Shown here one piece after another: positions 50,860 to 63,706 of a stretch of DNA of 64,000 bases. The notes beneath the pieces were generated by a model. It saw nothing but the letters and a program-made list of their open reading frames with translations. It was not told where the DNA came from and searched no databases. Position 1 is the stretch's first letter; every line of letters starts with the position of its first letter. The stretch covers positions 22,630,001-22,694,000 of the forward strand of contig CM069138.1 in NCBI GenBank assembly GCA_035221665.1. The letters are read 5' to 3'. This DNA comes from Okamejei kenojei (taxonomy: Eukaryota). The translations under genes and the position numbers were made by a program.

Positions 50860-52590
50860 GTAAGTTGGTGAGCCTTTTGGGACCAGCGACCACAGGTCTA
50901 TTAACTTTAAAATAGTTATGGATAACCACAGGGTGAGCCCACTAGTTACAATTCTGAATTGAGGCAAGGCAAACTTCAAAGTATCAGATAGGAACTTGCG
51001 AAAGTTGCTTAGAATAGGCTTTTACAAGTGTGATGAAAAGAGTTCAGGGTTTGCCTATTCCTGTTGGAGTGAAAGGCAAGGCAGGTGGGAGTAAGGAAGC
51101 TCGGATGAGGAGAGAAATTGAGACTGTCAGGAACAAGGAGGAGGCAAGGGTCAGGTATAGGCAGCAAGGATTGTGCATCACTCGAGCGGTTTTGAGAACT
51201 GAGGAGCAGGATTAAGAAGGAAATCAGGAGGGAAATAAGGGGATAGGAGATACATCTGGCAGATAATATTAAAGAAAATTGAGTTTAATGATTTGAAATA
51301 ACAAGGCGTTGCAGTTGCTGGTTTATACCAAAGATAGACACAAAATACTGGAGTAACTCAGTCGGTCAGGAAGTGCCTGGAGTAAATGGATAGGTGAAGT
51401 TTCAGGTCGGGACCCTTCTTCAGACTGTTTGCAGGGGGGAGGCAGAAAAAAAGTAGAAGAGAGAAGAGGGGGCTGGACAATTCACAGCCGGTAACAGATG
51501 ACCTCAGGCGAGAAGGTTCCCTGATAGGCAGGTTGTTGGATAAAGGCGAGAGATAGAAGCAGGTTTGAGCCCAAACGAGACACATGGTTTTGAACTGTTG
51601 AAGGACTTTTGGTGTAAGGGGGGAGGGAATGGGAAGTATTTGTAGAAGTTACCTGAAGTTAGAAGTTAAAGATTTAAAAATTGAGTTCAGTTGAAATTTT
51701 TGAAGAAGTAACCAAAAAGGTTTTTGAGGGCTAAGCCATAATTGTTACTTCAGCATTTTGTGTATTTCCTTCCTAAACCTGCATCTGCAGTTCCCGGTTT
51801 CTACATAGACGTTGTCCATATGAACTGCAGCATAGGATTTGATTAGGTTCTTCATGGTAAACTGCTCTGGAAATTTAGATTATATGGGATCCAGGAAGAG
51901 TTAAGCAACTGGATTAAAAATTGGCTTCATGGAAGGTAACAGAGTGTGATGTTATGGGTTGTTTATCGGACTGGAAGTCTATGACTTGTGGTGTGTTCCA
52001 GGGATCGGTGCGTGCCCATTGCTGTGTGGTTTATATCAGCGATTTGGCTGAGAATGTAGAAGGCATGATTAGTAAGTTTGCGGATGACACTAAAATGGCT
52101 GATTTCATAGATAGTGAAGATAATTAATTTGTAATAGTAAGAATATTGTTAAGCGAGAAAGAGTGCAGGGCAGAATTATTAGCATATTGTCACGACTTGA
52201 AGGCCCTAACTATAGCAAGAGGTTGGGCTGGCCAGGGTTTTATTCCTTGGAGCCCAGGAGGCCGAGGAATTATTTTATAGAGATTTATAGGATCATGAAG
52301 GGGATAGGTAGTATGAATGCACAATGCTTTTACCCAGTGTATGGGGAATCAAGAACTAGAGGGCATAGGCGAGAGAGGAAAGATTCAATAGAAAACTGAG
52401 GGGCAACTTTTTCAAACAGAGGATGGTGGATATATGGAACGATCTGACAGAAAAGGTAGTTAAGGCAGGTATGATAACTGCATTTAAAATACATTTGGAC
52501 AGGTACATTGTTAGAAAGGTTTAGAGAGATCTGGGGTAAGTGTGGGCCAGTGGAACTAGTGCAGATGGGACATCTTGTGGTCAACTTGGG
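50860..52590 (+). mobile_element. Degraded CR1 pieces with an internal minus-strand Penelope pLTR fragment (~51305-51670)
   Basis: GTSDH, GVFQGSV, SKFADDTK and ESRTRGHR remnants. A hammerhead-like core lies at 51396-51423 on the minus strand. Confidence 0.7.
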
Positions 52591-52591
52591 A

Positions 52592-53431
52592 GTGGCGGCG
52601 CTGCCCTGGCAGCAGCGGCTCGCCTGCAGTCCGTCTGTTTTTCTTTTTATTTGTTGTTTTCTTATCTTGTTTTTAGCATTAGTTTGAGTTATTATGTAGT
52701 GTATGTGTGTGGGAGGGGTGGGAGAAACGTTCTTAGTCTCTTCCTTTTGGGGGGACGTGACTTTTCTTGTCGTATCCCCTGTCTCTGTCTCCGTCCGCGC
52801 TGGGGCCTATCGCGGAGCTGGCGGCCTCCAACTTTAACTGCGACCGACCCGTGGCTCCGGAGGCAGAGCCAGCCAGGACTTACCAGTGCAAGGCTGGCCG
52901 ACTTCGGGGCTACGGCGGGTTCAGGCGTTCCTGTGGCCTGACTCGGAGCTGTGGCGTCTTTCCGGTGGCGGCGGCAGCGACTTCGGAGGCCTGGCCGCGG
53001 GCCCAGTGGACGACATCGTCGGGAGCTCGCAGGTCACAGGTTGGTGACCTGTTTTTCGGAGCTCCCGCGGCAACAGCTGCGTCCGCTGGACTGGAGGGCG
53101 GCAGCTTCGGCAGCTTCAGCCGCCCCAGGCCGCGGATTTGAACCGGCCCGCTCGCGGAGTGCGGTTCACCCGCGGGACTTATTTACATCACCCGGTGCGG
53201 TCACAACATCAGAGGCCCGGGTCGCCTCAGCGCAGAGGAAGAGGAAGAGGAAGAAGGGAAGAGACAAAGACAAGATTTTTGCCTTCCACCACAGTGAGGA
53301 GGTGTCTGGTGAACTCACTGTGGTGGATGTTAAATATGTGTTTATTGTGTGTTTTGTTATTTACTATATGTATGACTGCAGGCAACGAAATTTCGTTCAG
53401 ACCGCAAGGTCTGAATGACAATCAAGTTTTC
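52592..53431 (+). mobile_element. GC-rich non-autonomous retroposon (SINE-like) with an L2/Rex-type 3' tail
   Basis: 10-bp TSD caacttggga at 52582-52591 and 53432-53441. A 3' hairpin ccaccacagtgag..ctcactgtggtgg and a tail ttcagaccgcaaggtctgaatgacaat. Its ends are shared with 37036-37320. Confidence 0.7.
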
Positions 53432-53859
53432 CAACTTGGGAAATTTGGATTGAAGGACCTGTTTCTGTGCTGTATAACAAATCCAAATCCAAAAGTACAT
53501 TAAAGGTAAGAGGGTAACTAGTGAGAGAATAGGTTTCCTCAGACATAAAGGTACTCTGCCTCAGAATTTTATAAATGTTCCATTAGATTGCCCCTCAGCC
53601 TCGGATGCTCTAGTGAAAACAGTCCACATTTATGCAACCTCGCCAGAAATTAATGCCCAGGCAGCATTCTGGTAAACCTCCTCTGCAACTTCTTCAAAGC
53701 CGCCACATCATTTCTGTAATGTGGTGACCAGAATTGCACAACCAACTCTAAATGTTGCCCAACCAAAGTTTCATGCAGCTGCAACATGACTTGCCAGCTT
53801 TTACACTCAATGTCCTGGTCAATGACAGCAAGTATATAGTAGACCTTCTTTACCAGGAG

Positions 53860-54460
53860 TCAAGAAACCAGAAATGAACTGCAACAGTGAAATTCTTACT
53901 TGCTGCAGCTTCCGACACACAACTACAAAAAGAAATAAACGCACTATCACTTATGTTATCCTAAATCAATGGGGCTATGGCAATTGAAAAACCCACCAAA
54001 TTACATGGAGCAATCATAATAGTCAATAGTGAGGTGGTGAAGTAGAGTTGTACAAGATGGTTCAAGAACTTGATGATTGATGGGAAGAAGCTGTTCTTCA
54101 ACTTGGAGGTAACAGCCTTCAGGCTCCTGTACCTGCTTCCTGATGGTACAGGGAGATGAGAGTATGGCCAAGGTGATGTGGGTCTGTTTAAAGGTTGTTT
54201 TCTTGGCACCATTTGGTCAGTTGATCGATCAGCTCCCAATACTCTGACTCATCATCATCCATAATTTGTTCAAGAATGGTGGTGTCGTCGGTGAATTTGA
54301 AGATGGAGTTGGAACCATTTCCGGCCACACAGTAATGTGTACAGAGTACGGGGCTGAGCACCCAGCCTTGAGGTGATCCTGTGCTGGTGGTTATCAAGCT
54401 GGAAGTTTTGCTGTGAGGTGGAGGAAATACATTACTGATTAGGGAGAAGTTCACAGTGGC
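53860..54460 (-). mobile_element. Degraded Rex1/Babar fragment
   Basis: STGSPQGWVLSP, FKFTDDTT, PSGSRYRSLK. Confidence 0.75.
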
Positions 54461-54676
54461 ACTTGGAGAGAACTTACTAGAGGATTAATCTACTGTGGCT
54501 AGTTTATTCACAGCGGGTAGAGTCCACAGTAAACAAAGGCACAGTCATGCTGATGGGATGATATAATGGGCCCTCCAAAAACCAGTAGCAAATAGAAGAA
54601 CACATATATAACAGGATTACAGGAAACTATAAAACTATCAGGGTTGCCAAAATGAGCATTTTTTAACTTCCCCAAT

Positions 54677-55021
54677 AGGAGACAGCCAGGCCAGAGGCCC
54701 AACCCACAAAAGTGCCCAATATCAGGAGAAACCCCTCATCTCTTGGTGCATCTAACACTGATACCAGTTATCAGGAGACAGCCAGGTTAGAGGCCTGACC
54801 TCCCAGGCTGACCAACTCCAACACCAGGCCAGGGACCTGACCTCCCAGGCCGACCGACCAACTCTGATCCCATTCTGACCCATGCAAGAGCCGACGACGA
54901 CACCAGAGGCTCACAGGGCCAAAGTGCTGTCACCTACTGAGTAAATAATGGAAGAGCACTGAGCTGTTGGAGCGGTTGAAGCAATGTTGTTTCAAGACAC
55001 CCCCAGCATATAACTGGCTAA
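54677..55021 (+). repeat. Dispersed ~340-bp repeat, paralogous to 60452-60780 + 61173-61181 (region leading into a Rex1-type ORF start)
   Basis: ggagacagccaggccagaggcccaacccacaaaagtgcc...gacacc..cagcata..actggcta is shared at high identity. Confidence 0.85.
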
Positions 55022-55401
55022 AGCACTATTGAGATGTCCTTGTTAACCTTGCGTTGCAGAGCAAGGGAAATGGCATCTGCTGTGGACCTGTAGTGGTGGT
55101 AGGTGAATTGCAGTGGATCAAGACTAGATAGGGTTCTTAAAGATAGCGGAGTCAGGGGATATGGGGAGAAGGCAGGAACAGGGTACAGATTGGGGATGAT
55201 CAGCCATGATCACATTGAAGGGCGGTGCTGGCTCGAAGGGCCGAATGACCTACTCCTGCACCTATAGTCTATTGACTAAGACTGGAGTTATTGTGTGTCA
55301 TGACCAGCCCTACAAAGCTACTGTGGAATATAAACAATGGTTCACGTCTGTTGGTCCCAGAGGCTATTTTCATGCTGTTTGTCCTTTTTCTCTTTTGGTT
55401 A

Positions 55402-57494
55402 AACCCCTGTCTCACTGTGCGAGTTGGCCCACGAGTGACCCCGAGTTTTCACTCGTGGTGATCACGTAGCGGGAACGTCGGAACTCGCGCGTTCAACTTA
55501 TCCACTCGTGGCGCTAACGGCAGGTACTCGGGAAACTTGTTAACTCGTGAAAAAAATCAAACATGTTTGATTTTTTCCACGAGTCAAATTAACTGTTCAA
55601 GTTAAAAATGGAAACATTTAAACTCGTTGCAGTAACGTAATGGCCCGTGCGTTTACCATAGTGTCTCGTGAGTCTATCGTGGGAACTTTTTTATAATCTG
55701 AAAGGGACTGAACCAAAGTAGTATAATATGTATATACATATTATATATATTATATATATTTCAATTCCAACCCCGAAGCAATTGAGAGGCGATTTCTTGG
55801 GGCCGTGTAATTTAACGTGTGTCTTTGCTTTTAAAAGTGAAGCTGTTTAATTGTTTACGCTGCGCTGTGTTTCGTGTTGGGGAGAGTGCTGCTGCAGTAC
55901 AATGCTTTCGATTCTATACTGCCCTCCCCCTTCCACAGAAAAATGCCTAAATTTTTCTTTGTGCCCGCTCTCCTGGGAGCAATCCAAACCAGGGGAACAA
56001 TGAACCCTCAGAGGCTTCGCGTTCCTTGCTCCTATATATGGACCTCGCTCGCTCGCAACTGTATGAACGCTCGATCAACCAGGCATCGGCCAACACGGAG
56101 GCCTGATTACTGAAAACAAAGTCAACTTGTACCAGACCTCATCATCTTCCTTCTGACAACCCGTAACCACGGAAACACACTTTCAACAGAAAACTTAATA
56201 TTTAAAGAATATATTATGTGGGACATTGGATTGTCTGAAGAAGGGNNNNNNNNNNNNNNNNNNNNNNNNNNNNNNNNNNNNNNNNNNNNNNNNNNNNNNN
56301 NNNNNNNNNNNNNNNNNNNNNNNNNNNNNNNNNNNNNNNNNNNNNNNNNNNNNNNNNNNNNNNNNNNNNNNNNNNNNNNNNNNNNNNNNNNNNNNNNNNN
56401 NNNNNNNNNNNNNNNNNNNNNNNNNNNNNNNNNNNNNNNNNNNNNNNNNNNNNNNNNNNNNNNNNNNNNNNNNNNNNNNNNNNNNNNNNNNNNNNCGGCC
56501 GCTCAGTCAGTCACCCGAGCTGCTTCCTTCCTCTGAAGTGNNNNNNNNNNNNNNNNNNNNNNNNNNNNNNNNNNNNNNNNNNNNNNNNNNNNNNNNNNNN
56601 NNNNNNNNNNNNNNNNNNNNNNNNNNNNNNNNNNNNNNNNNNNNNNNNNNNNNNNNNNNNNNNNNNNNNNNNNNNNNNNNNNNNNNNNNNNNNNNNNNNN
56701 NNNNNNNNNNNNNNNNNNNNNNNNNNNNNNNNNNNNNNNNNNCGGCCGCTCAAAGTCAGTCACCCGAGCTGCTTCCTTCCTCTGAAGTGGTGGCCAGTCC
56801 TGCTGTCTGTGTGTATCTGTGTGTGTGTGTGTGTGTGTGTGTCTCTCTCTCTCCCTCTCTGTCTGTGTGTATCTGTGTGTGTGTCTGCTGTCGGGACCCG
56901 GCGGCCGCTCAAAGTCACCCGAGCTGCTTCCTTCCTCTGAAGTGGTGGCCAGCTGCTGTCTGTGTGTATCTCTCTCTCTATGTGTGTGTGTGTGTATGTG
57001 TGTGTGTGTGTGTCTCTCTCTCCCTCTCTGTCTATCTGTTTGTATCTGTGTGTTTGTCTGCTGTCGGGTCCCGGCGGCCGCTCAAAGTCACCCGAGCTGC
57101 TTCCTTTTTTAAAATTATTTAAAATAGAGATCCATTGCAAAAAAAGTATTTAAAAACATAAAACAACAAGAAATGCTTGGTTACTGGAGGATGTGCATTT
57201 TCCCATTGTAGGTCATATCAATAGATGCCGCCGCGCTGAAATAACTCAAAACCACAGGATGGAGATGTATTTTAACATTGTTGCTTTATTAAAACATACC
57301 TTCATTCACGGTTGGCTCAAGAGTAACGGGAGAGGAACTTGGTAACTCGGGAGAGGAACTTGGAACATCGCAGCAATGACATACCCGTGGGAACTCGGTT
57401 ACACACTTGATCATAAACTTGAAGTCTCGTGCACAGCCACGAGTCTGTCACTTGGGGTACCTCGTGGGTCAACTCGCACAGTGAGACAGGGCCA
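55402..57494. mobile_element. PIF/Harbinger-like non-autonomous DNA transposon
   Basis: TIR ccctgtctcactgtgcgagttg(g/a)cccacgag at both ends, with a TTA TSD at 55399-55401 and 57495-57497. Confidence 0.85.
56496..57106. repeat. ~160-bp minisatellite containing (TG)n/(TC)n, adjacent to N gaps
   Basis: The unit cggccgctcaaagtcacccgagctgcttccttcctctgaagtggtggccag.. is seen at least four times. Confidence 0.9.
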
Positions 57495-57754
57495 TTACAT
57501 TTCCTAAATTTCTGCATATTATGAGTTTGCAGATTAAATAGTTTTGGCACTTAAGGAAATGCACTGAATTGTTTTTTACTCTGCTACATGTATGACCTGA
57601 CCGGATTTTGCAGGAAATCTAAATTCATTTGCATTGGATAAACCTTTTAAAAAAGCAATGAAAGAGAACGTTAGCTCTAAATAAAACCACACAACCTCAT
57701 TTGTATTAAACATGAGAAAAATTGAGAAACCAGTCCCTCATTAACTTGAGCTGC

Positions 57755-57910
57755 GGGGCAGCACAGTGGTGCAGCGATTGAGTTGCTACCTTACAGTGCC
57801 AGAGACCCGGGTTAGTTCCTGACCACGGATGCAGTCTGTACAGAGTTTGCATGTTTTCCCTGTGACTGCGTAGGTTGTCTCCGGGTCCTCCGCTTCCCTC
57901 CCACATTCAA
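57755..57910 (+). mobile_element. V-SINE 5' part
   Basis: ggggcagcacagtggtgcagcg..gagacccgggttagttcctgacc. Confidence 0.7.
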
Positions 57911-58402
57911 ACTTGTAACGGGATTTGGACAGGGGAGAGAGAAACATTCTGGCAAAAGTGGAAAACTGAGTATGCGGATAACCTCATTACTTCCTTTTCA
58001 GAGAAAATGCAAAAGCATGCAGGATAAAACAGAAATCCTTTCAAAGTAATTTACATCGTAATTTCCCTCTTCTGAAATATGTTACTTGACAAATTACGCG
58101 GTTTCTTGTTCAGAGGCACGTTTAAATTTCTGCACGCTCAACGTAAATGTAGTTTACCTGCCTTTTTGTCAATAGTACTTAACTCACGTGCATCAAGAAA
58201 AACTCAGAGTTAGTATTTACAAATAATCCCTCTAAAATAAGCAGATGTGGTTTTCTTTAGAGCTGACTTCCTCTTCCACTGCTTGTTAGAAATATATTTA
58301 CCAATATGAATAAATTCAGATTTCAGGATGATATTGTCCCTTGAAAAATGTGGTTACTCATCACACATCCCCTCTCTGCCCGACTTTAGGTCGCCTCATA
58401 TG

Positions 58403-58632
58403 TCAGAGTGTGGTGAATCTGTGGAATTCATTGCCCAAGAAGGCTGTGGAGGCCAAGTCAATGGATATTTTTAAGGCGGAGATTGACAGATTCTTGATTA
58501 CTACGGGTGTCAGGGATTATGGGGAGAAGGCAGAAGAATGGGGGTGAGAGGGAAAGATAGATCAGCCATGATTAAATGGCCAAATAGACTGGATGGGCTG
58601 ATTGGCCTTATTCTGCTCCTATATCTTATGAA
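58403..58632 (+). mobile_element. CR1 3' end
   Basis: VVNLWNSLPKKAVEA..FKAEIDRFL..GEKAEEWG. Confidence 0.85.
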
Positions 58633-59091
58633 GATTCATTCCTCGTCGGATTGATCATCCTAAAATATGTCTGAAAACACTTATATGCTCTCCTCTCGTA
58701 CATTCCTCATTGCTTTCATTCAACTATTGATGGTCATGCCTTTAACATGCACCTCTCATTACCCCCTGTTCCGCACTCCCCATTCTATCTACCACTCCTC
58801 GCTCCCATGCAATGTCCAACATCTCTTCCTATCTCCTCCTTTCTTAAAACGTAGCACTTTGATCAAGTATTTCACACAAGCATAGAACAGTACAGCAGAG
58901 GGAAAGGTTCTTTGGCCTTTCTGTGTCGAACATGATGCCAATTAAAACTATTCTCATCTGCCTGCACATGGTCTCACCATTCTCTACTTGTTAATGTCTT
59001 TGTCGAAATGACTAACTACCACTCAGATCTGCCTCCACCACTTCCCCCGGCAATGTGTTCCAGGAACCTAACACTCTGTGAAAACAAGAAC

Positions 59092-59686
59092 TTAACCATA
59101 TAACCATATAACCAAATAACAATTACAGCACGGAAACAGGCCCTCTTGGCCCTTCCAGTCCGTGCTGATCATTTGTTTTCACCTAGTCCCATCTACCTGC
59201 ACGCAGACTATACCCCTCCATTCCCTTCCCGTCCATATACCTATCCACTTTACTTTTAAATGTTAAAATCGATCCTGCCTCCACCACTTCTGCAGGAAGC
59301 TCATTCCACACAGCCACCACCCTCTGAGTAAAGAAGTTCCCCCTCACGTTACCCCTAAACCTCCGTCCCTTAATTCGCATGTCATGCCCTCTTGTTTGAA
59401 TCTTCCCTACCCTCAATGGAAAAAGCTTATCCACGTCAACTCTGTCTATCCCTTTCATCATTTTAAAGACCTCAATCAAGTCCCCCCTTAACCTTCTGCG
59501 CTCCAAAGAATAAAGACCTAACTTGTTCAACCTTTCTCTGTAACATAGTTACTGGAACCCAGGCAACATTCTAGTAAATCTCCTCTGTACTCTCTCTATT
59601 TTGTTGACATTCTTCCTATAATTAGGCGACCAAAATTGTACACCATACTCCAGAATTGGTCTTACCAATGCCTTGTACAATTTTAA
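59092..59686 (-). mobile_element. CR1 family B 3' end (close copy of 26292-26880)
   Basis: ORF 59183-59530 is nearly identical to the C-terminus of ORF 26375-27112, with a (taaccata)n tail. Confidence 0.92.
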
Positions 59687-60780
59687 CTTGCCTCATATAT
59701 ATTCTTTAAACTTCCCTACTCTCATCTTCAAACCTTGATATCTAATATTTGACATTTCTATCCTGGAAAAAAAGACTCTGACTATTCTAACCGGACTATG
59801 GTGCTGTAGTCAGGCAACTCTGCGTGCTGGTCCCAGAAGTGGATTTGTGATCATAAATTACAATTGCTCCACTCACCTAAATCTTTATATCTACAGCAAT
59901 ATTTCTTCCTCTAACTATGCTCTTCTTAATCTCCTCTCTGACGCCTGGGGCCAAAGGAACTCCCGGAATGACTCTTGGAACTGTGAAGACCCGACCAGTG
60001 AGGCCTAGCACGACCGACAAGTCCTGCAGACTATTGACCTTCCAGAGCCTGCAATCAACTCTACCAACAATCCCCCCAGAGTTGCAAACTCCACGATGGT
60101 GAACAGGATTCAACTTGCTGATATAATTTCTCACATTAATAATGCTCCTATCAATCTCCCCTCAGCCCTACGGCGTTTGTTGAGACCTGCAGCCTACTGA
60201 CCTGAAGCCTCCAGCCGACTTGATTGACGTCCCAACGGAGCAGCAGACCCCACGAGTGGTCCTCTGGGCCCGACCGGGAACAGGCGCCAACCCACAGGGA
60301 CAGGATGATTCCACCGTCCGACCTTTGACGCCCCAAGGACAATGGGCCAGACGTCCCAGACCACCCAACGGTGCAAGCCGGCATGGGATCTGATCCGAGC
60401 AGGCAGAAGATCCGACCTCCGGGATCTTCCAGTACTGTCACCGACCAATGGGAGACAGCCAGGCCAGAGGCCCAACCCACAAAAGTGCCTAATGTCAGAA
60501 GCAACCCCTCATCTCTTGGTGCATCTAACACTGATACCAGTTATCAGGAGACAGCCAGGTTAGAGGCCTGACCTCCCAGGCTGACCAACACCAACACCAG
60601 GCCAGCGGCCTGACCTCCCAGGCCGACCGACCTACTCCGACCCCAGACCTGACAAGAGCTGACGACGACACCAGTGACTCACAGGGCCAAAGTGCTGCCA
60701 CCTACTGAGTAAATAATGGAAGCGCACTGAGCTGTTGGTGCGGTTGAAGCAACGTTGTTTCACGACACCGGCAGCATATT

Positions 60781-61172
60781 ATACAAATATACCAAGCTGT
60801 GAGAAAGTATAGTGGAAATTATCTATCTGAGGAGGGACTGGCATAGTACTATTGACAGTCCCTCCGAAGATAGATAATTTCCACTATACTTTTGAACTAA
60901 AAGCTTGGTATATTTGTTTTATATCCCTTCATAACATCTAATAAAAATAAAAACGCGTTCGTGGTTCGAATTGAAGCAAATTTCGTGACTGAGTTTTGAG
61001 CATGCGCAGTTTTACCAAGGAAGAAATTAGTAAAAAGAGCATGCGCAGTGCTGCCCAGGAGAAAATAGCAAAAAATAATCGGAGCTAGTGCAATTTATTT
61101 TTTATTCATCGAATACCGATTGACCAATCACGTTTCTAGAATACTCATGAATATTCATAGAAGGGATATAAA
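60781..61172. mobile_element. Non-coding ~390-bp element with a long hairpin and an internal segment complementary to both termini
   Basis: 60783-60798 is the reverse complement of 60902-60917. 60804-60828 is the reverse complement of 60868-60892. 60916-60930 is the reverse complement of 61160-61174. The element interrupts codons S-I-L|L-A-N of a Rex1-type ORF, and the empty site is at ~55004-55021. Confidence 0.75.
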
Positions 61173-61560
61173 ACTGGCTAATGTGCAGTCTATGGAGAAC
61201 AAGCTGGATGAACTTAAAGCAAGACTGACTTACCTCAGAGTTCTGAAGGACTGCTGTGTGCTCTATTTCACCGCTAACATACCTGACAGTGCCATTCTGC
61301 CCCAGGGCTTATCCCTTCACCGGATGGGCAGCACGGCCCTTCCCCTGCGGATGTCAAGCTTTCTCTGACTGATTTGTACTCTGTTACCAATAGTCTTGAG
61401 ACAAAATACCCCAAAGCCCTGGTCATTGTAGCCAGAGACTTCAATCAAGTGTGTACTATCAAAATAGTATCAGCATATCTGTTGTCCTGTAAGGGGCCAG
61501 AACACGTTAAAAAATACACTTACTGGTCCATTCCCCAGCCACATTTCGAAAAATCTGACT
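61173..61560 (+). mobile_element. Rex1/Babar ORF start (endonuclease remnants)
   Basis: LANVQSMENKLDELKARL..DCCVL; LETKYPKALVIVARDFNQ; PHFEKSD. Confidence 0.75.
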
Positions 61561-61824
61561 AGCTGTAATTTTATGGAGATTAATGAAATGTAAGGTGTTG
61601 CTCTTAGGAAGGTCAAATGCAAGGGGGTAAGTGTACAGTTAATTGCCAAGTCAAGTCAAGTCAAGTCAAGAGAGTTTATTGTCATGTGTCCCAGATAGGA
61701 CAATGAAATTCTTGCTTGCTGCAGTACAACAGAATATTGTAGGCATAAATTTAATACAATTCCAAGGCTCCCTGAAAGTAGCAAACCATTAGATAAAGAG
61801 GTAAAGAGGGTGTACATTATGCTT

Positions 61825-62039
61825 TTTTTTAAAGAAGGAACTGCAGATGCTGGAGAATCAAGGGTACACAAAAAGCTGGAGAAACTCAGCGGGTGCAGCA
61901 GCATCTAAGGAGCGAAGGAGATAGGCGACGTTTCGGGTCGAGACCCTTCTTCAAGGGTCTCGACCCAAAACGTCGCCTATCTCCTTCGCTCCTTAGATGC
62001 TGCTGCACCCGGTGAGTTTCTCCAGCTTTTTGTGTGCCC
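61825..62039. mobile_element. Mini palindromic Penelope pLTR insertion in a CR1 remnant
   Basis: Arms ~61861-61948 and 61953-62040 are inverted. A 14-bp TSD tgtacattatgctt lies at 61811-61824 and 62040-62053. Confidence 0.9.
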
Positions 62040-62303
62040 TGTACATTATGCTTGCCTTCATTAGTCGTGGCATTGAGTATAAGGGTCAGGAAGTCATGTT
62101 GCAGCTTTATGTAACTTTGGTTAGGCCACATTTGGTTGCTCCATTACATGAAGGAGACTTTGGAGAGCTTTGCCAGAGTGATGCAAGGATTAGAGGGTAT
62201 TAGCTGTGAGGAGAAGTTGCATAATCTTGGATTATTTTCCATGGAGCGCCTGAGGCTCAGCAGCGAACCAACAAAAGTATATAAAATCATGAGAGGCATC
62301 AAT

Positions 62304-63149
62304 ATATACATCAATGTTCGTTAAACGCCAGACATTCTTTAATACAATTTAAAATATTACATAGATTGCATTATTCTAAAACAAAATTAAATAGAATTTT
62401 TTCCTAATATCTCTCCTATCTGCGATAAATGTCAATACTCTGAGGCTAATTTAACCCATACCTTTGTAAATTGCAAAAAATTTAAAAATTTTGGGTGGAT
62501 ATTTTTAAAATTATTTCCGTAGTGGTTAATATTCAACTGGATCCCGATCCTAAATTAATAATATTGGGCATATCTGAACAATACTTAAAACTGACAATAA
62601 ACCAAAGAAATTTCCTGGATTATAGTATAATAACTGGGAAAAAACTAATATTAAAATGTTGGAAAATCCCTGCATCCCCTACAATTAAAATGTGGATTAT
62701 GGAGATGTCGGAGACCTTAAATCTAGAAAAAATTATATTTGTCTTAATTGACAAACCAGAATTATTTATCAGAATATGGTCGCCGTTCATAGATTATTTG
62801 AAGGGGTAGAATGGGCCAGCACTGAGGCTTGACGGAAGCTTGAACCCAGGACTAGACGAATAGTTTTGTTTTCTTACCTATGGACCTATCTCCTAAGTTG
62901 TATTATGGATAGTTTATTTTATGTTTCTAAGTTTTTTTTTTCTTTTTCTTTCTTTTTTCTATCTATTAAAAAAAATAATAATTAGAGTCAATGTTACTAT
63001 GTAACCAATAAATGTAGACTCCTGCTACATTGGTAGTGGAGTCCTTGGAATCCTGAATATTTAATATGTAACCGTTTAACAAAGTTTGTAATGGTTTGGA
63101 CTAGGATCTGTACATGCCTCTAATAAAAGTTAATTACAAAAAAAAATAA
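62304..63149 (+). mobile_element. L1 3' fragment
   Basis: NARHSLIQFK, CDKC, and WIMEMSETLNLEK..IWSPFIDYL. AATAAA plus an A-tail. A 21-bp TSD aaaatcatgagag(g/t)catcaat lies at 62283-62303 and 63150-63170. Confidence 0.92.
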
Positions 63150-63706
63150 AAAATCATGAGAGTCATCAATTGGATGGACAATCAGAACTTCTTCTCAGAG
63201 ATTAGTTTAAATAGGCATCATGTTCAACATGGATATTGTGGCCCAAAAGGCCTGTTCCTGTGCTGTACTGTTCTCATGTTCAATGTTATAATTACTATTT
63301 GTGGAAGAGTATTATTGTGGCACTAATCATAACTCAGACTCACATTTAGCCTAGTCATTGAAAAGGACAAGAACAAACTATGGAATAATGATCAAAATGG
63401 TGATAAGCACAGATTTACTCAATGGAGAAGAGACTTAGTAAATGGTAGTCTGCTAAATCACCTGTTAGCCTAAGTGTGAAGGTGAAGGATGTGAGAAAGG
63501 TTAGAGTCATTGACACATACAACACAATTACAGACCCTTCAGTCAACCATCATGTACCCATCCGTAGCAATCCTATTTTTCACACACATTCCCATCAACT
63601 CCATTCTCTTTTAATGATTCACCTTCCATTGATGATGGGACGACATACAGCAGCAAATTAACCACTCAACGCAATATCTTTGAGAAAAAAAAACAGAACA
63701 CCCGGG

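Noticed and set aside
56216-57153. Long Cys/Val-rich ORFs
   Set aside because: They are artefacts of N gaps and (TG)n microsatellite.
59877-60571. Several 60-126-aa ORFs and a gtgagt donor-like site near 59876
   Set aside because: There is no recognisable domain and a stop lies at the donor. The region overlaps a dispersed repeat and is probably TE-derived.
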